Source: an uncultured Methanosarcinales archaeon
Lineage (GTDB): Archaea > Nanobdellota > Nanobdellia > Woesearchaeales > JAGVZT01
Direction: 5' to 3'
DNA length: 64,000 bases
Assembly (NCBI GenBank): GCA_964419615.1
Contig: CAYQPU010000001.1
Coordinates: 17,266-81,265, forward strand
A program made the translations under genes and the position numbers. The number at the start of each line of letters is the position of its first letter. Position 1 is the first letter of the stretch. The notes beneath the pieces are model-generated. The model was not told where the DNA came from. It worked only from the letters and a program-made list of their open reading frames with translations, and searched no databases. Shown in pieces: positions 56,201 to 64,000 of the stretch.

Positions 56201-57003
56201 TGATGAAATACTGTTGGTGCAGAGTAGGCTCCAATGTCAGAAAGTCCAGTTTCAATTGCATTGTAGTCTGACCAAGCATTTGTTTGCCATATTTTAGCAT
56301 GGAATCTACCAGTGGCATCTCCTGAGATTAAGTAAAACTCACCATCTTTTTGGAATGCAGAAGGTGTTGAACCCCAGTCTCCGATTGACAAGCTTGTATT
56401 TATTGTATTATTTTGATCCCAACCGCTTCCATTCCAGTTAAATCCATAAAACCCTCCAACTTCTTCTCCTGAAATTAAGTATACTGTATTGTTCATTTCA
56501 AATACTGTGAGTGTGGAATAGTCTCCTATATCTCCAAGACCTGCTGATACTGTGCTATTTGCAGTCCATGTTGAACCACTTCTATGGTAACCACTAAAGG
56601 TTCCATCTTGTTGTCCAATTAAAAGATACCAGTTTCCATTTATTTGGAATGCTTTTGGAGCCGCAAAGTTTTCTGTGGATAGACCAGATAATATTGATGA
56701 GTCTGTTTGCCACGCTGAACCAGACCAGTTGTACCCGTATAATAGACTTTGTTCTCCTCCAATCAAGTACAAGGTTGTGCCCATTTGGAATATTGTGACA
56801 TATGAATTTGTTCCTAAATCAGATAGTCCTGATGTTATTGCTGTATCTGATAGCCAGCCACCTTCAAGATTAGAGTATTCTGAGTTTATTGTTATGGTCA
56901 TGTTGCTTGTTGGTTTTTTTATGTTGAATGGCTTGTCAATTGCCGAAACTACAACAATTAATAGGAAAATTATAAGGCCCAGGAAGAGTTTATTTTTTCT
57001 CAT
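53272..57003 (-). CDS. Large surface glycoprotein: propeller-like repeats, Fn3-like, beta-helix-like, PGF-pre-PGF-like domain, TM anchor
   Basis: Signal peptide; five ~49-aa repeats (GL.D.G..S.P..F...G..YLI.G...G); many NxS/T sequons; FKVPRSWI...SFSKFAI; TM then LLDAGWP tail. Confidence 0.85.
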   Translation of the reverse strand: MRKNKLFLGLIIFLLIVVVSAIDKPFNIKKPTSNMTITINSEYSNLEGGWLSDTAITSGLSDLGTNSYVTIFQMGTTLYLIGGEQSLLYGYNWSGSAWQTDSSILSGLSTENFAAPKAFQINGNWYLLIGQQDGTFSGYHRSGSTWTANSTVSAGLGDIGDYSTLTVFEMNNTVYLISGEEVGGFYGFNWNGSGWDQNNTINTSLSIGDWGSTPSAFQKDGEFYLISGDATGRFHAKIWQTNAWSDYNAIETGLSDIGAYSAPTVFHHQGIWHIIAGEEDGVLTGFRTYETKVTSEGVNISASETNVGDVGCNYTLYFDGTNTTNPVVVSSGYHNYTYLTSGCDNFTEEMRTVFVNATSSIENVSTLSVSNQTAIINWDTMLSGNSTIDYGTSINLGNLSTNTSVTLGGHQVSISNLASASLYYFNVTSCYASGYCAESGPYNFSTFDNCRKLYNSYTIQSNISYSGGGVCFEVMNNSITLNCSNYPVRGTIIGTALSTQNYNSLNIIDCAFRNFSTGITATNVSTLTLTNSSVIESLGYDYYFDRSDVVLTNHQSMFTNNQNISILSSTFNSSTAFNFSNQFMLNINDSTTNTNVELSGTTNSIISNSVFRNITIRGSSNNQISTLTSDMITLNNGTIQLTNSALSIVQLNIATQNTNFTTLTTGLNNISLVAGTTLTLTNTTIGLMQIGTTTSSITMENSNISLFTSINSNLTLINSTIIDLSLTNTTANFTEFTNITRQLNTSGTSTIDGIAQFLNLSLSGQLTRFYPIYIINYSGLPEVSKNLTIIDNQTTLWSGSTGSGYAILNLTYNTSNYNLSYNISLPDVSINTTIGGVELLTKTPLNLSSDISPPNITEWQPQGTVYDTSTSLRLTTSEWAACRYYMTNGTNYYDMNGTFDEPGLSHTVYVGGLSNGAQTYYIKCIDRSNRISGEFTHNFTINAAGSSEGGGGGGGSITTVPNPSASKKWIDVKSSTENIMSINNDEIAFTNLTFVLNKNTSSVELTVESLKDTETIVSNSTLYKILEISEKDIEDTDYESVSIKFKVPRSWITANSSSASHIKLYKYTTKWIQLPTELIGQRSGYYQYQATSVSFSKFAIVSITPQVRQTEAESEQEEIEVIQEPVEQEPNAEPEQEAPQTHKKEISKIFVIIIFLVVISAFVGAIIGYKKYDHMNSMKNIEKYISHQKQKTKSITKEHHHTDLENFVKNCKSRGISREFVKKALLDAGWPEDIVDYYLVKYL

Positions 57004-57157
57004 TTTCTTCCTCCTTGATTTTTTCCATGACTAAGGCTTCAAATGCATGGCTTTCGCTTGCATATTTTTTATCTTTAATTTTCTTGTAAACCCATTTTAG
57101 AATATCTTCATCTACTCTTAACCATACTCGCTCCTTTTTAGGATTAGGTTTATTCAT
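56990..57157 (-). CDS. Ribbon-helix-helix (CopG/MetJ-like) small DNA-binding protein, 55 aa
   Basis: Not in track. MNKPNPKKERVWLRVDEDILKWVYKKIKDKKYASESHAFEALVMEKIKEEENEKK; overlaps the surface-protein start. Confidence 0.75.
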   Translation of the reverse strand: MNKPNPKKERVWLRVDEDILKWVYKKIKDKKYASESHAFEALVMEKIKEEENEKK

Positions 57158-57262
57158 GTGTCAGATGACACAAATTGTGCTAAATGACAATATAAATGTT
57201 TTGGTTTTTACTAGTAAAAAGCTTCCAAAAATTATATAAGCAATTAAGAAATTGAGAATCAC

Positions 57263-57919
57263 ATGCATTTTGTTATTGAGCTTTTAATGGTTTTAATCAT
57301 TGTTTTAATTACAACAGGGATCAGTATTTGGTTCCAAAGAAAAGGAATTGATTATCTAAACAAGTCTTGGGTTATTTGTTTAATTTTATGGCTAGGTTTC
57401 TTAACAATGCTTATTGTTATGAAGAAATATTTATTACTAGTTGTGAGCAAAGTCCAGGTTGACACTGTGCTGGTTTTTATGAGTATGTTCTTATTTTCTT
57501 TTTTTCTGATTTGGATCATTAAAAAGAAGTTTGTTGTTCCAAGAAAAGTTAAGAAAAGATTTTCGCATCTTTATTTGTTAGAATTTAATAATAGTTTTAT
57601 GATAACAAAAGTTTTTGACATCATTTTTCAACAGGTTTCAGTACTTGCTGCAATAAGGATCTTAGTTTCAAATGGTTTTAATAACATACAAATTATTGGA
57701 ATGTTTTCAATTGTTTTTTGTGTTTTTCATATTCCTCTGCTGCTACACGCTGGAAAAGCAGCTTTATTTCACATTTCAGTATCTTTACCAGGCGCTGCTA
57801 TTATGACAATACTAATTTTGAATGTTAGAGATGGTTTTGTTTATTCATTATTGCTTCACTGGTATGGTTATGTTTTTGCAAGATTGTTTTTTGGTTTAAT
57901 TTATAGAAAAAAACAATAA
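57263..57919 (+). CDS. Multi-pass membrane protein, possibly CPBP/Abi-like with degenerate first motif
   Basis: Several TM helices; F..FH and LLHW motifs; DIIFQQ where EExxxR is usual. Confidence 0.55.
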   Translation: MHFVIELLMVLIIVLITTGISIWFQRKGIDYLNKSWVICLILWLGFLTMLIVMKKYLLLVVSKVQVDTVLVFMSMFLFSFFLIWIIKKKFVVPRKVKKRFSHLYLLEFNNSFMITKVFDIIFQQVSVLAAIRILVSNGFNNIQIIGMFSIVFCVFHIPLLLHAGKAALFHISVSLPGAAIMTILILNVRDGFVYSLLLHWYGYVFARLFFGLIYRKKQ

Positions 57920-57954
57920 TAAGGGAAATTATTTTATAGATTACATAGTTTAGT

Positions 57955-58356
57955 TTGATTATGATGCAAGAATTCACTTTTCAAACCTCAAAAAAATATG
58001 AAATAGTTGATGTAACTTCAATAGTGCAGAATATTGTCAATGAGTCAGAAGTTAAAGAAGGTATTTGTGTCGTTTATGTACCGCATGCTACAGCAGCTGT
58101 GATTATTAATGAAAATTATGATCCTAATATTTGTGATGATTTGCTTGATTCTTTAAGGGATAATATTCCCGAGGGTAAATGGCGGCATGATAATATTGAT
58201 GGGAATGCTGCTGCTCATATTAAGGCAGCTATTGTTGGGCCAAGTGAGACTTTGATTATTAAAGATGGAAAATTGGTTTTAGGAACATGGCAGAGCTTGA
58301 TGGTTGCTGATTTTGATGGTCCTAAGCAGAGGAGAGTTGTTGTTAAGATTGTTTAA
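57955..58356 (+). CDS. yjbQ: UPF0047 / YjbQ family protein
   Basis: VPHATAAVIINEN, HDNIDGNAAAHIK, LGTWQ, FDGP motifs. Confidence 0.92.
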   Translation: MIMMQEFTFQTSKKYEIVDVTSIVQNIVNESEVKEGICVVYVPHATAAVIINENYDPNICDDLLDSLRDNIPEGKWRHDNIDGNAAAHIKAAIVGPSETLIIKDGKLVLGTWQSLMVADFDGPKQRRVVVKIV

Positions 58357-59830
58357 GGCTAAAAGTATCTAGTCCAAGGCCAGAGAGATTCTGTCCATTT
58401 TGTTGTTCTTGCTCCTTTTTAAGTTCCAGAGCCTTTACATAAGCTGGATCTCTGTTTAGAAAATGATATTCGTAATTTATTGGATCCTGCAAATAACATT
58501 CGTGGAGTTCTTTTAACCTAACCGCAATATCTTTACTTACAATAGTTTGAACAGAAGGATGGGCTACGAAGTCATCAACACTGTCAACACAATCAATAAG
58601 GTAAGTGAAAATAAGATCTCTAAATAATTTGTACTGCTCCAAAGGGAAGTTAAGATTACCCCTATTTTTTGAATAGATATTATCGTTCATTAAGGGAGAT
58701 TCTGCCAGAGTTAGATACAAAGGTACATAATCCGGATTTTGCTTTTTAACATCCATTCTTGCTTGATATACTAATTCGTCTGTCTGACTCTTTTCTAGAG
58801 TAAAAGTTGAAAGATTTACGTCCATAAAAAAACCACATAGAGTCCAAATAAAATCAAAAACATCTAATCTTGGATCTTGTTTGGTTCCATGTTTCTCAAC
58901 AAGCTTTGCTGCCCTTCTAACAAACTCCCATTCAACTACAACTGACGGATTTTTCAATCCAAGTTTTTTAACAAAGTCTGGGTCAAATTCATCTAGATTG
59001 TATTCAAATGTGTATTCAATAACAGATTTATGAGCATAGGCATGTGCAGGTGTTGTAGGGAATAACTCGGATATAACTAACTCTTTGCTTGTGGTTTTGT
59101 CTATTAGACCAGTACCTTCATTTATCATGAAAGATCTTCCGACATCACATGTTGCATATAGGACAAAATCAGCAAGTAGTTCAGGTGGTTTTTCTGATTC
59201 TTCATTGTCTGGACGTAATTCTGATAGTTCAAAAGAGAGGTCATAATCACAAATTTCAAATCTTCTTAAGATTGCTTCAAATTCCCGTACTCTCGATTGA
59301 AATACATTTAATACAAATTCAGTATGTAATTCATCATAGAATCTTACAAATTTCCCAATTGAATCTATCCTCCTTAATCCTGCTCTTGAGTATTCGTCAT
59401 GATTGGATTTTTTACTGTAATGCAATGTATCTTCATTAAATCTAAAAAACTGACCTTGATTTAATAACAGAGCTGAGAATATTTCTTTTTGTCGAGCATT
59501 CGCCAAGACAAGTTCTGCTCTTAAATCAAATTCAACAAAAGAATCATTTGCATCCAAGGGTCCATGGTATTCAAAATGATTAGGATCACCATATATCCCT
59601 TCAAACACTACTCTTACTTCTAGACCATCAAAAGTTTCAAAATGTCCTTTAACACTAAGAGTATCATCTTGTTCTTTTACACTTTCAATTAAAAAAGGCC
59701 TATAACCTTGTCTATTTACAAAGGCATTTATTCTTAGTGTGAGTTCATCATCATATGTAGGAAATGAAAAGGAAGTACCTAAATCAAAAAATTTGTCAAT
59801 GCCATTAAATAGATTAAATATCTCTTCCAT
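58343..59830 (-). CDS. Hypothetical protein
   Basis: 495-aa ORF, no recognised motif. Confidence 0.7.
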   Translation of the reverse strand: MEEIFNLFNGIDKFFDLGTSFSFPTYDDELTLRINAFVNRQGYRPFLIESVKEQDDTLSVKGHFETFDGLEVRVVFEGIYGDPNHFEYHGPLDANDSFVEFDLRAELVLANARQKEIFSALLLNQGQFFRFNEDTLHYSKKSNHDEYSRAGLRRIDSIGKFVRFYDELHTEFVLNVFQSRVREFEAILRRFEICDYDLSFELSELRPDNEESEKPPELLADFVLYATCDVGRSFMINEGTGLIDKTTSKELVISELFPTTPAHAYAHKSVIEYTFEYNLDEFDPDFVKKLGLKNPSVVVEWEFVRRAAKLVEKHGTKQDPRLDVFDFIWTLCGFFMDVNLSTFTLEKSQTDELVYQARMDVKKQNPDYVPLYLTLAESPLMNDNIYSKNRGNLNFPLEQYKLFRDLIFTYLIDCVDSVDDFVAHPSVQTIVSKDIAVRLKELHECYLQDPINYEYHFLNRDPAYVKALELKKEQEQQNGQNLSGLGLDTFSLKQS

Positions 59831-59952
59831 AGTATATCAAAAGGGAATATTTTACTAGATAAAAAGATTATTGAAATTTCAATCAAAAAGTGGTTGTCTG
59901 TTCATAATTTACCCAAAATATTTATATAATCCCTTTATTTTCTTGTTATAAA

Positions 59953-60012
59953 ATGGTTGCAAAGAATATACTTGGATTTGAAGTTTTAACTACTACAACC
60001 ACTACAGCGTAA
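59953..60012 (+). promoter_or_regulatory. Thr-rich leader peptide ORF of thrS (MVAKNILGFEVLTTTTTTA)
   Basis: ACT ACT ACA ACC ACT ACA; TTTATATA box at 59921-59928 implies a leaderless start; stop lies in the loop of ACAGC-GTAA-GCTGT followed by a T-rich tract. Confidence 0.8.
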
Positions 60013-60096
60013 GCTGTTCATTGTTTCTTTTAAATTTAGATGTTTTTAAAAAGATATAAATAAAAGATTTCAAACTAAGGAGGATAAGGAGCAAAA

Positions 60097-62001
60097 ATGA
60101 AAATCAAAATAGAATTTCCAGATGGATCAAAAAAAGAATATGAAAAAGGCATTTCTGGCCTAGATATTGCTAAATCAATAGGGGAAAGGCTTGCAAGAGC
60201 AGCTCTAGCTATTGAGGTAGATGGAGAAATAAAAGATTTAGATGTAAATATCAAAAATGATTCAAAGATAAGAATTATTACATTTGCCGACAAAGAAGGA
60301 AAAGATATATTCTGGCATAGTGCTTCTCATCTTATGACTCAAGCTGTTTTGAGAGTTTTTAAGGGTCAAAATATTGGTCTTGGCGTTGGTATGCCTGTTG
60401 AAAATGGATTTTATCAAGATTATGGTATAAAAGAATTACATCCAGAAGATCTAAAGAAGATAGAAAAAGAGATGCAAAAGATTGTAGCTGAGAAATTGGA
60501 AATTACTCAAAAAGATATTTCAAAAAAAGATGCACTCAAGTTTTACAAAAAAGATCCTTATAAGATAGAACTAACAAAAGCTGTTCCGGGTAATAAAGTA
60601 AGTATGTATTGTCAGGGTGAGTTTGACAATTTATGCAAAGGACCACATGTTCCAAATACTTCTTATCTTAAGGCATTTAAGTTAATGAAGATTGCTGGAG
60701 CTTATTGGAGGGGTAATTCTAAAAACAAGATGCTCACAAGAATTTATGGTGTTGCTTTTCCAGATAAAAAGCAGTTAAAGGGTTATCTTAGATTACTTGA
60801 AGAAGCTGAAAAGAGAGATCATAGAAAGCTTGGTAAGAAACTTGAATTGTTTAGCATCCATGATGAGGGACCGGGATTTCCATTCTTTTTACCTAAAGGA
60901 GTTGTGCTATGGAACCAATTAATTAGTTTTTGGAGGAAGCTGCATGATGAAGCTGGGTATGTTGAGGTAATGACTCCTGTTATTTTGCATAGATCTTTGT
61001 GGGAACAATCTGGTCATTGGACAAATTATAAAGAGAATATGTACACTTTAAAGATCGAGGATCAGGATTATGCAATTAAACCAATGAATTGTCCTGGAGG
61101 GATGCTTATCTACAATGAGAAGATTCATTCGTACAAAGAACTTCCATTAAGAGTTGGTGAATTGGGACATGTTCACAGGCACGAGATGAGTGGTGTACTG
61201 GCAGGTTTATTTAGAGTTAGGGCTTTTACCCAAGATGATGCACATATTTATATGACTCCAGATCAAATTAAGGATGAGATAATTAAAGTTATTGATCTGT
61301 CTGAAAAGTTTTACAAAATATTTGGTTTTGAGTACGAGATTGAACTTAGCACAAGACCTGAAAAATCTATTGGAACTGCTAAACAATGGGAATTTACAAC
61401 AGCTCAGCTTAAAAAAGCTCTTGATGAAAAAGGCATAGACTATAGGATCAATGAAGGAGATGGTGCTTTTTATGGACCAAAGATTGATTTTCATCTCAAA
61501 GATGCTATTGGTAGAACCTGGCAGTGTGGTACAATCCAATTAGATATGAGTCTTCCTGAGAGGTTTGATTTAACTTATGTTGGTGAAGATGGAAATAATA
61601 CACATAGGCCTTTCATGATTCACAGAACAATTTATGGCAGCATTGAGAGGTTTATGGGGATATTAATTGAGCATTACGCAGGAAAATTCCCATTATGGCT
61701 AAATCCTGAGCAAGTTAGGGTGATTGTGGTATCTGATAAGTTTAAACCTTATGCAAAAAAAGTGCTGCAGCAATTTAGAAATACAGGAATCAGAGCACAA
61801 GGAGATTTTCGAGCAGAATCTATTTCAAAGAAGATAAGGGAAGCTCAATTGGATTATGTTAATTACATGATTGTTATTGGAGAAAAAGAAGTAGAAAAGA
61901 AGACAATTAATGTAAGAACCCGGGATAACAAAGTTCTAGGTGAACTTGATCCAAATAAGTTTGCTAAAGATTTGCTAAAAGAGATTAAAGATGGAAAATA
62001 A
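60097..62001 (+). CDS. thrS: Threonyl-tRNA synthetase, bacterial type with TGS and editing domains
   Basis: WHSASH, LCKGPH, RDHRKLG, KPMNCPG, FRVRAFTQDDAH, GAFYGPKID, IHRTIYGSIERF. Confidence 0.97.
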   Translation: MKIKIEFPDGSKKEYEKGISGLDIAKSIGERLARAALAIEVDGEIKDLDVNIKNDSKIRIITFADKEGKDIFWHSASHLMTQAVLRVFKGQNIGLGVGMPVENGFYQDYGIKELHPEDLKKIEKEMQKIVAEKLEITQKDISKKDALKFYKKDPYKIELTKAVPGNKVSMYCQGEFDNLCKGPHVPNTSYLKAFKLMKIAGAYWRGNSKNKMLTRIYGVAFPDKKQLKGYLRLLEEAEKRDHRKLGKKLELFSIHDEGPGFPFFLPKGVVLWNQLISFWRKLHDEAGYVEVMTPVILHRSLWEQSGHWTNYKENMYTLKIEDQDYAIKPMNCPGGMLIYNEKIHSYKELPLRVGELGHVHRHEMSGVLAGLFRVRAFTQDDAHIYMTPDQIKDEIIKVIDLSEKFYKIFGFEYEIELSTRPEKSIGTAKQWEFTTAQLKKALDEKGIDYRINEGDGAFYGPKIDFHLKDAIGRTWQCGTIQLDMSLPERFDLTYVGEDGNNTHRPFMIHRTIYGSIERFMGILIEHYAGKFPLWLNPEQVRVIVVSDKFKPYAKKVLQQFRNTGIRAQGDFRAESISKKIREAQLDYVNYMIVIGEKEVEKKTINVRTRDNKVLGELDPNKFAKDLLKEIKDGK

Positions 62002-62085
62002 ATTTTTATTTTTTTTATTCCTTTTAACTTTTAAAAGATTGAATATTTCTAAACCTTTATAAACAATATATTCTTACTGATATAT

Positions 62086-63432
62086 ATGGTATTAAATAAG
62101 CTTGGAGACTCGCTCAGAGCGACCTTAGAAAAGGTTGCACAGTCTGTTTTTGTAGATGACAAACTAGTAAATGAGCTTGCCAAGGATATTCAAAGAGCTC
62201 TTTTGCAGGCAGATGTTGATGTAAAGCTTGTTTTAAAGCTTAGTGAGGAGATTAAAAATAGAGCTCTTAAGGAAAAAACACCTCCTGGAATAACTAAGAA
62301 AGAGCATTTGATTAATATTGTTTATGAGGAGCTTGTTAAGTTCTTAGGCCAAGAAGAAGGTAAGATCGAGATTAAGGAATCAGCAAAAATTATGCTTGTT
62401 GGCCTGTTTGGTTCTGGTAAGACAACTCAGGCTGCTAAGATTGCCAAATATTTTCAAAAACAAGGTCATAAAGTTGCAGTTGTGCAGACTGATACTTACA
62501 GGCCTGCTGCTTATGAGCAATTAAAGCAATTAGCAGCGCAGATTAATATGCCTGTTTTTGGTGATAAGGATGAAAAGGATGCTGTTAAGATCTATAAAAA
62601 GTTTGAGAGTGAGCTTGATAAGTTTGATCTTGTGATTGTTGATACTGCTGGAAGAGATGCTTTAAGTGATGAACTTATTGAAGAGCTTAATCAGATTAAC
62701 AAAGTTGTCAAACCAACTGAAACTTTACTTGTGTTGTCTGCTGATATCGGCCAAGCTGCTGAAAAACAAGCTCAAGCATTTCATGATACTTGTAAAGTCA
62801 CAGGTATTATTGTGACAAAATTAGATGGAACTGCTAAAGGTGGTGGTGCATTGATTGCTTGTTCGATTACTGATGCCAAGGTTAAGTTTATTGGTGTTGG
62901 AGAAAAGGTAGATGACTTTGAGAAGTTTAAGCCAGAGAATTTTGTTGGTCGCTTGCTTGGAATGGGTGATATTGAAGCTTTACTTGAAAAAGCTCAAGAT
63001 GCAATTACTGAGGAAAAAGCAGAAAATCTTGGTAAGAGGTTTTTGAAGGGAGAATTTAATCTTGTTGATCTTTATGAACAAATGGAAGCTATGGGTAAGA
63101 TGGGTCCATTAAATAAAATAGTTGATATGATTCCAGGTTTTAGTTCACTCAAAATGCCAAAAGAATTACTTGATGTTCAGGAAGGCATGCTCAAAAAATG
63201 GAGGTTTGCAATGGATTCTATGAGCAAAGAGGAATTAGAGAATCCTGATATTATTTCTTCTGCACGTGTTAAGAGAATTGCTGCTGGTTCTGGTATACAG
63301 GTCTCTGAAGTTAGGAGTTTATTAAAACAGTATAAGCAAGCAAAGAAAATGTCCAAGATGCTTAAAGGTGGTTCACCTGAAAAGCTTATGAAGAAATTTC
63401 AGCAAGGTGGAACTCAGGTAAAATTTAAGTGA
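62086..63432 (+). CDS. srp54: Signal recognition particle protein SRP54
   Basis: GLFGSGKTT, DTAGR, TKLDGTAKGGG, Met-rich M domain with RVKRIAAGSG. Confidence 0.97.
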   Translation: MVLNKLGDSLRATLEKVAQSVFVDDKLVNELAKDIQRALLQADVDVKLVLKLSEEIKNRALKEKTPPGITKKEHLINIVYEELVKFLGQEEGKIEIKESAKIMLVGLFGSGKTTQAAKIAKYFQKQGHKVAVVQTDTYRPAAYEQLKQLAAQINMPVFGDKDEKDAVKIYKKFESELDKFDLVIVDTAGRDALSDELIEELNQINKVVKPTETLLVLSADIGQAAEKQAQAFHDTCKVTGIIVTKLDGTAKGGGALIACSITDAKVKFIGVGEKVDDFEKFKPENFVGRLLGMGDIEALLEKAQDAITEEKAENLGKRFLKGEFNLVDLYEQMEAMGKMGPLNKIVDMIPGFSSLKMPKELLDVQEGMLKKWRFAMDSMSKEELENPDIISSARVKRIAAGSGIQVSEVRSLLKQYKQAKKMSKMLKGGSPEKLMKKFQQGGTQVKFK

Positions 63433-63954
63433 TTATTGAAAGGGCAGTTGGTCTATATCCACACATATGTTCTCTGCAATGTATTCTCTGATTAATGCGT
63501 CCAACTCATCCCACCCAGCTTGAATTTCAACTTTCCTTACTTCTGCTCTAGCAATATACTTTTCTTGTTCACCTTGTGACCAACCAGAATAACAACTACC
63601 TAGTTCACGGTCATGATGGGATTCAAAATGACCTATGACTGTATATATTGAAGGTGCGTTTTCTATATATGGTGGTTTTTGAAGTGTAAAAAAGTCCAAA
63701 CCATCACAAAACTCTTCAAACAATGCTAACAATTCATCTGTGTTTGTACAAAAATGCACCCAACCATCCTTTGTTGGCCATGCAGGTGTGTCATACCAAA
63801 TATGTCCTTCACATGTTGTTAATGTGCTATTACCTGGAATTCTATTTATGTCTATTACAAGCTGCCGGATTCCATCATCCAACCAATTTAAATTAAATTT
63901 TTCTGGTAAGGACATACTATCTGGGACAAATATCTGGTATATAAATTTTCTCAT
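63433..63954 (-). CDS. Hypothetical protein with a TYW3-like N-terminal motif
   Basis: DDGIRQLVIDIN...STLTTCEGH resembles D..I..L...IN......TSSCSG; weak. Confidence 0.55.
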   Translation of the reverse strand: MRKFIYQIFVPDSMSLPEKFNLNWLDDGIRQLVIDINRIPGNSTLTTCEGHIWYDTPAWPTKDGWVHFCTNTDELLALFEEFCDGLDFFTLQKPPYIENAPSIYTVIGHFESHHDRELGSCYSGWSQGEQEKYIARAEVRKVEIQAGWDELDALIREYIAENICVDIDQLPFQ

Positions 63955-64000
63955 CAGAATTACTTGAAAGTAGTGAATTTTGAAAGATTTAAATATTCTA

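Noticed and set aside
1160-63967. Many short track ORFs antisense or out of frame within long genes (e.g. 1160-1354, 8241-8474, 17697-18017, 28059-28373, 53933-54196, 61207-61539)
   Set aside because: Fully overlap well-supported genes, lack ribosome-binding sites and motifs, and have the F/L/S/I-rich composition of shadow frames.

Overview
AT-rich archaeal chromosome segment. Gene content (ABCE1, Orc1/Cdc6, archease-RtcB, archaeal D-aminoacyl-tRNA deacylase, SRP54, 83-aa Dph2, bacterial-type ThrRS, many ORFans, GGTGA/GGAGG ribosome-binding sites, TTTAWATA promoters) fits a DPANN archaeon, most likely Woesearchaeota (inference). I saw no rRNA, tRNA or CRISPR. Main blocks: membrane-protein paralogues, a 17-bp-direct-repeat-flanked structured mini-element and an MNT-HEPN toxin-antitoxin pair (0-4 kb); a candidate replication origin with two ORB-like boxes inside phased GTCTCA repeats beside a winged-helix gene (7.2-7.8 kb); an oxidative-stress operon with an unannotated Cys-rich miniprotein (14.4-18.7 kb); cdc6, an unassigned structured RNA candidate, sua5, rtcB/archease and an MscS-C39 peptidase fusion (23-31 kb); a LysW-type lysine/arginine biosynthesis operon that lacks LysK, carries a class II amidotransferase-like Ntn hydrolase and has LysW ending in Gln (35.9-42.5 kb); a class II LysRS-B3/4-HD fusion; an ABC exporter; a 1243-aa surface protein; thrS and srp54. 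The most striking unannotated signal: short leader ORFs upstream of thrS (six consecutive Thr codons) and of the lysine operon (three alternating Lys codons) both stop inside the same 21-nt motif (19/21 identical), suggesting ribosome-coupled amino-acid sensing (attenuation-like control) in a DPANN archaeon. All calls come from reading the sequence and motifs by eye; no database searches were run.
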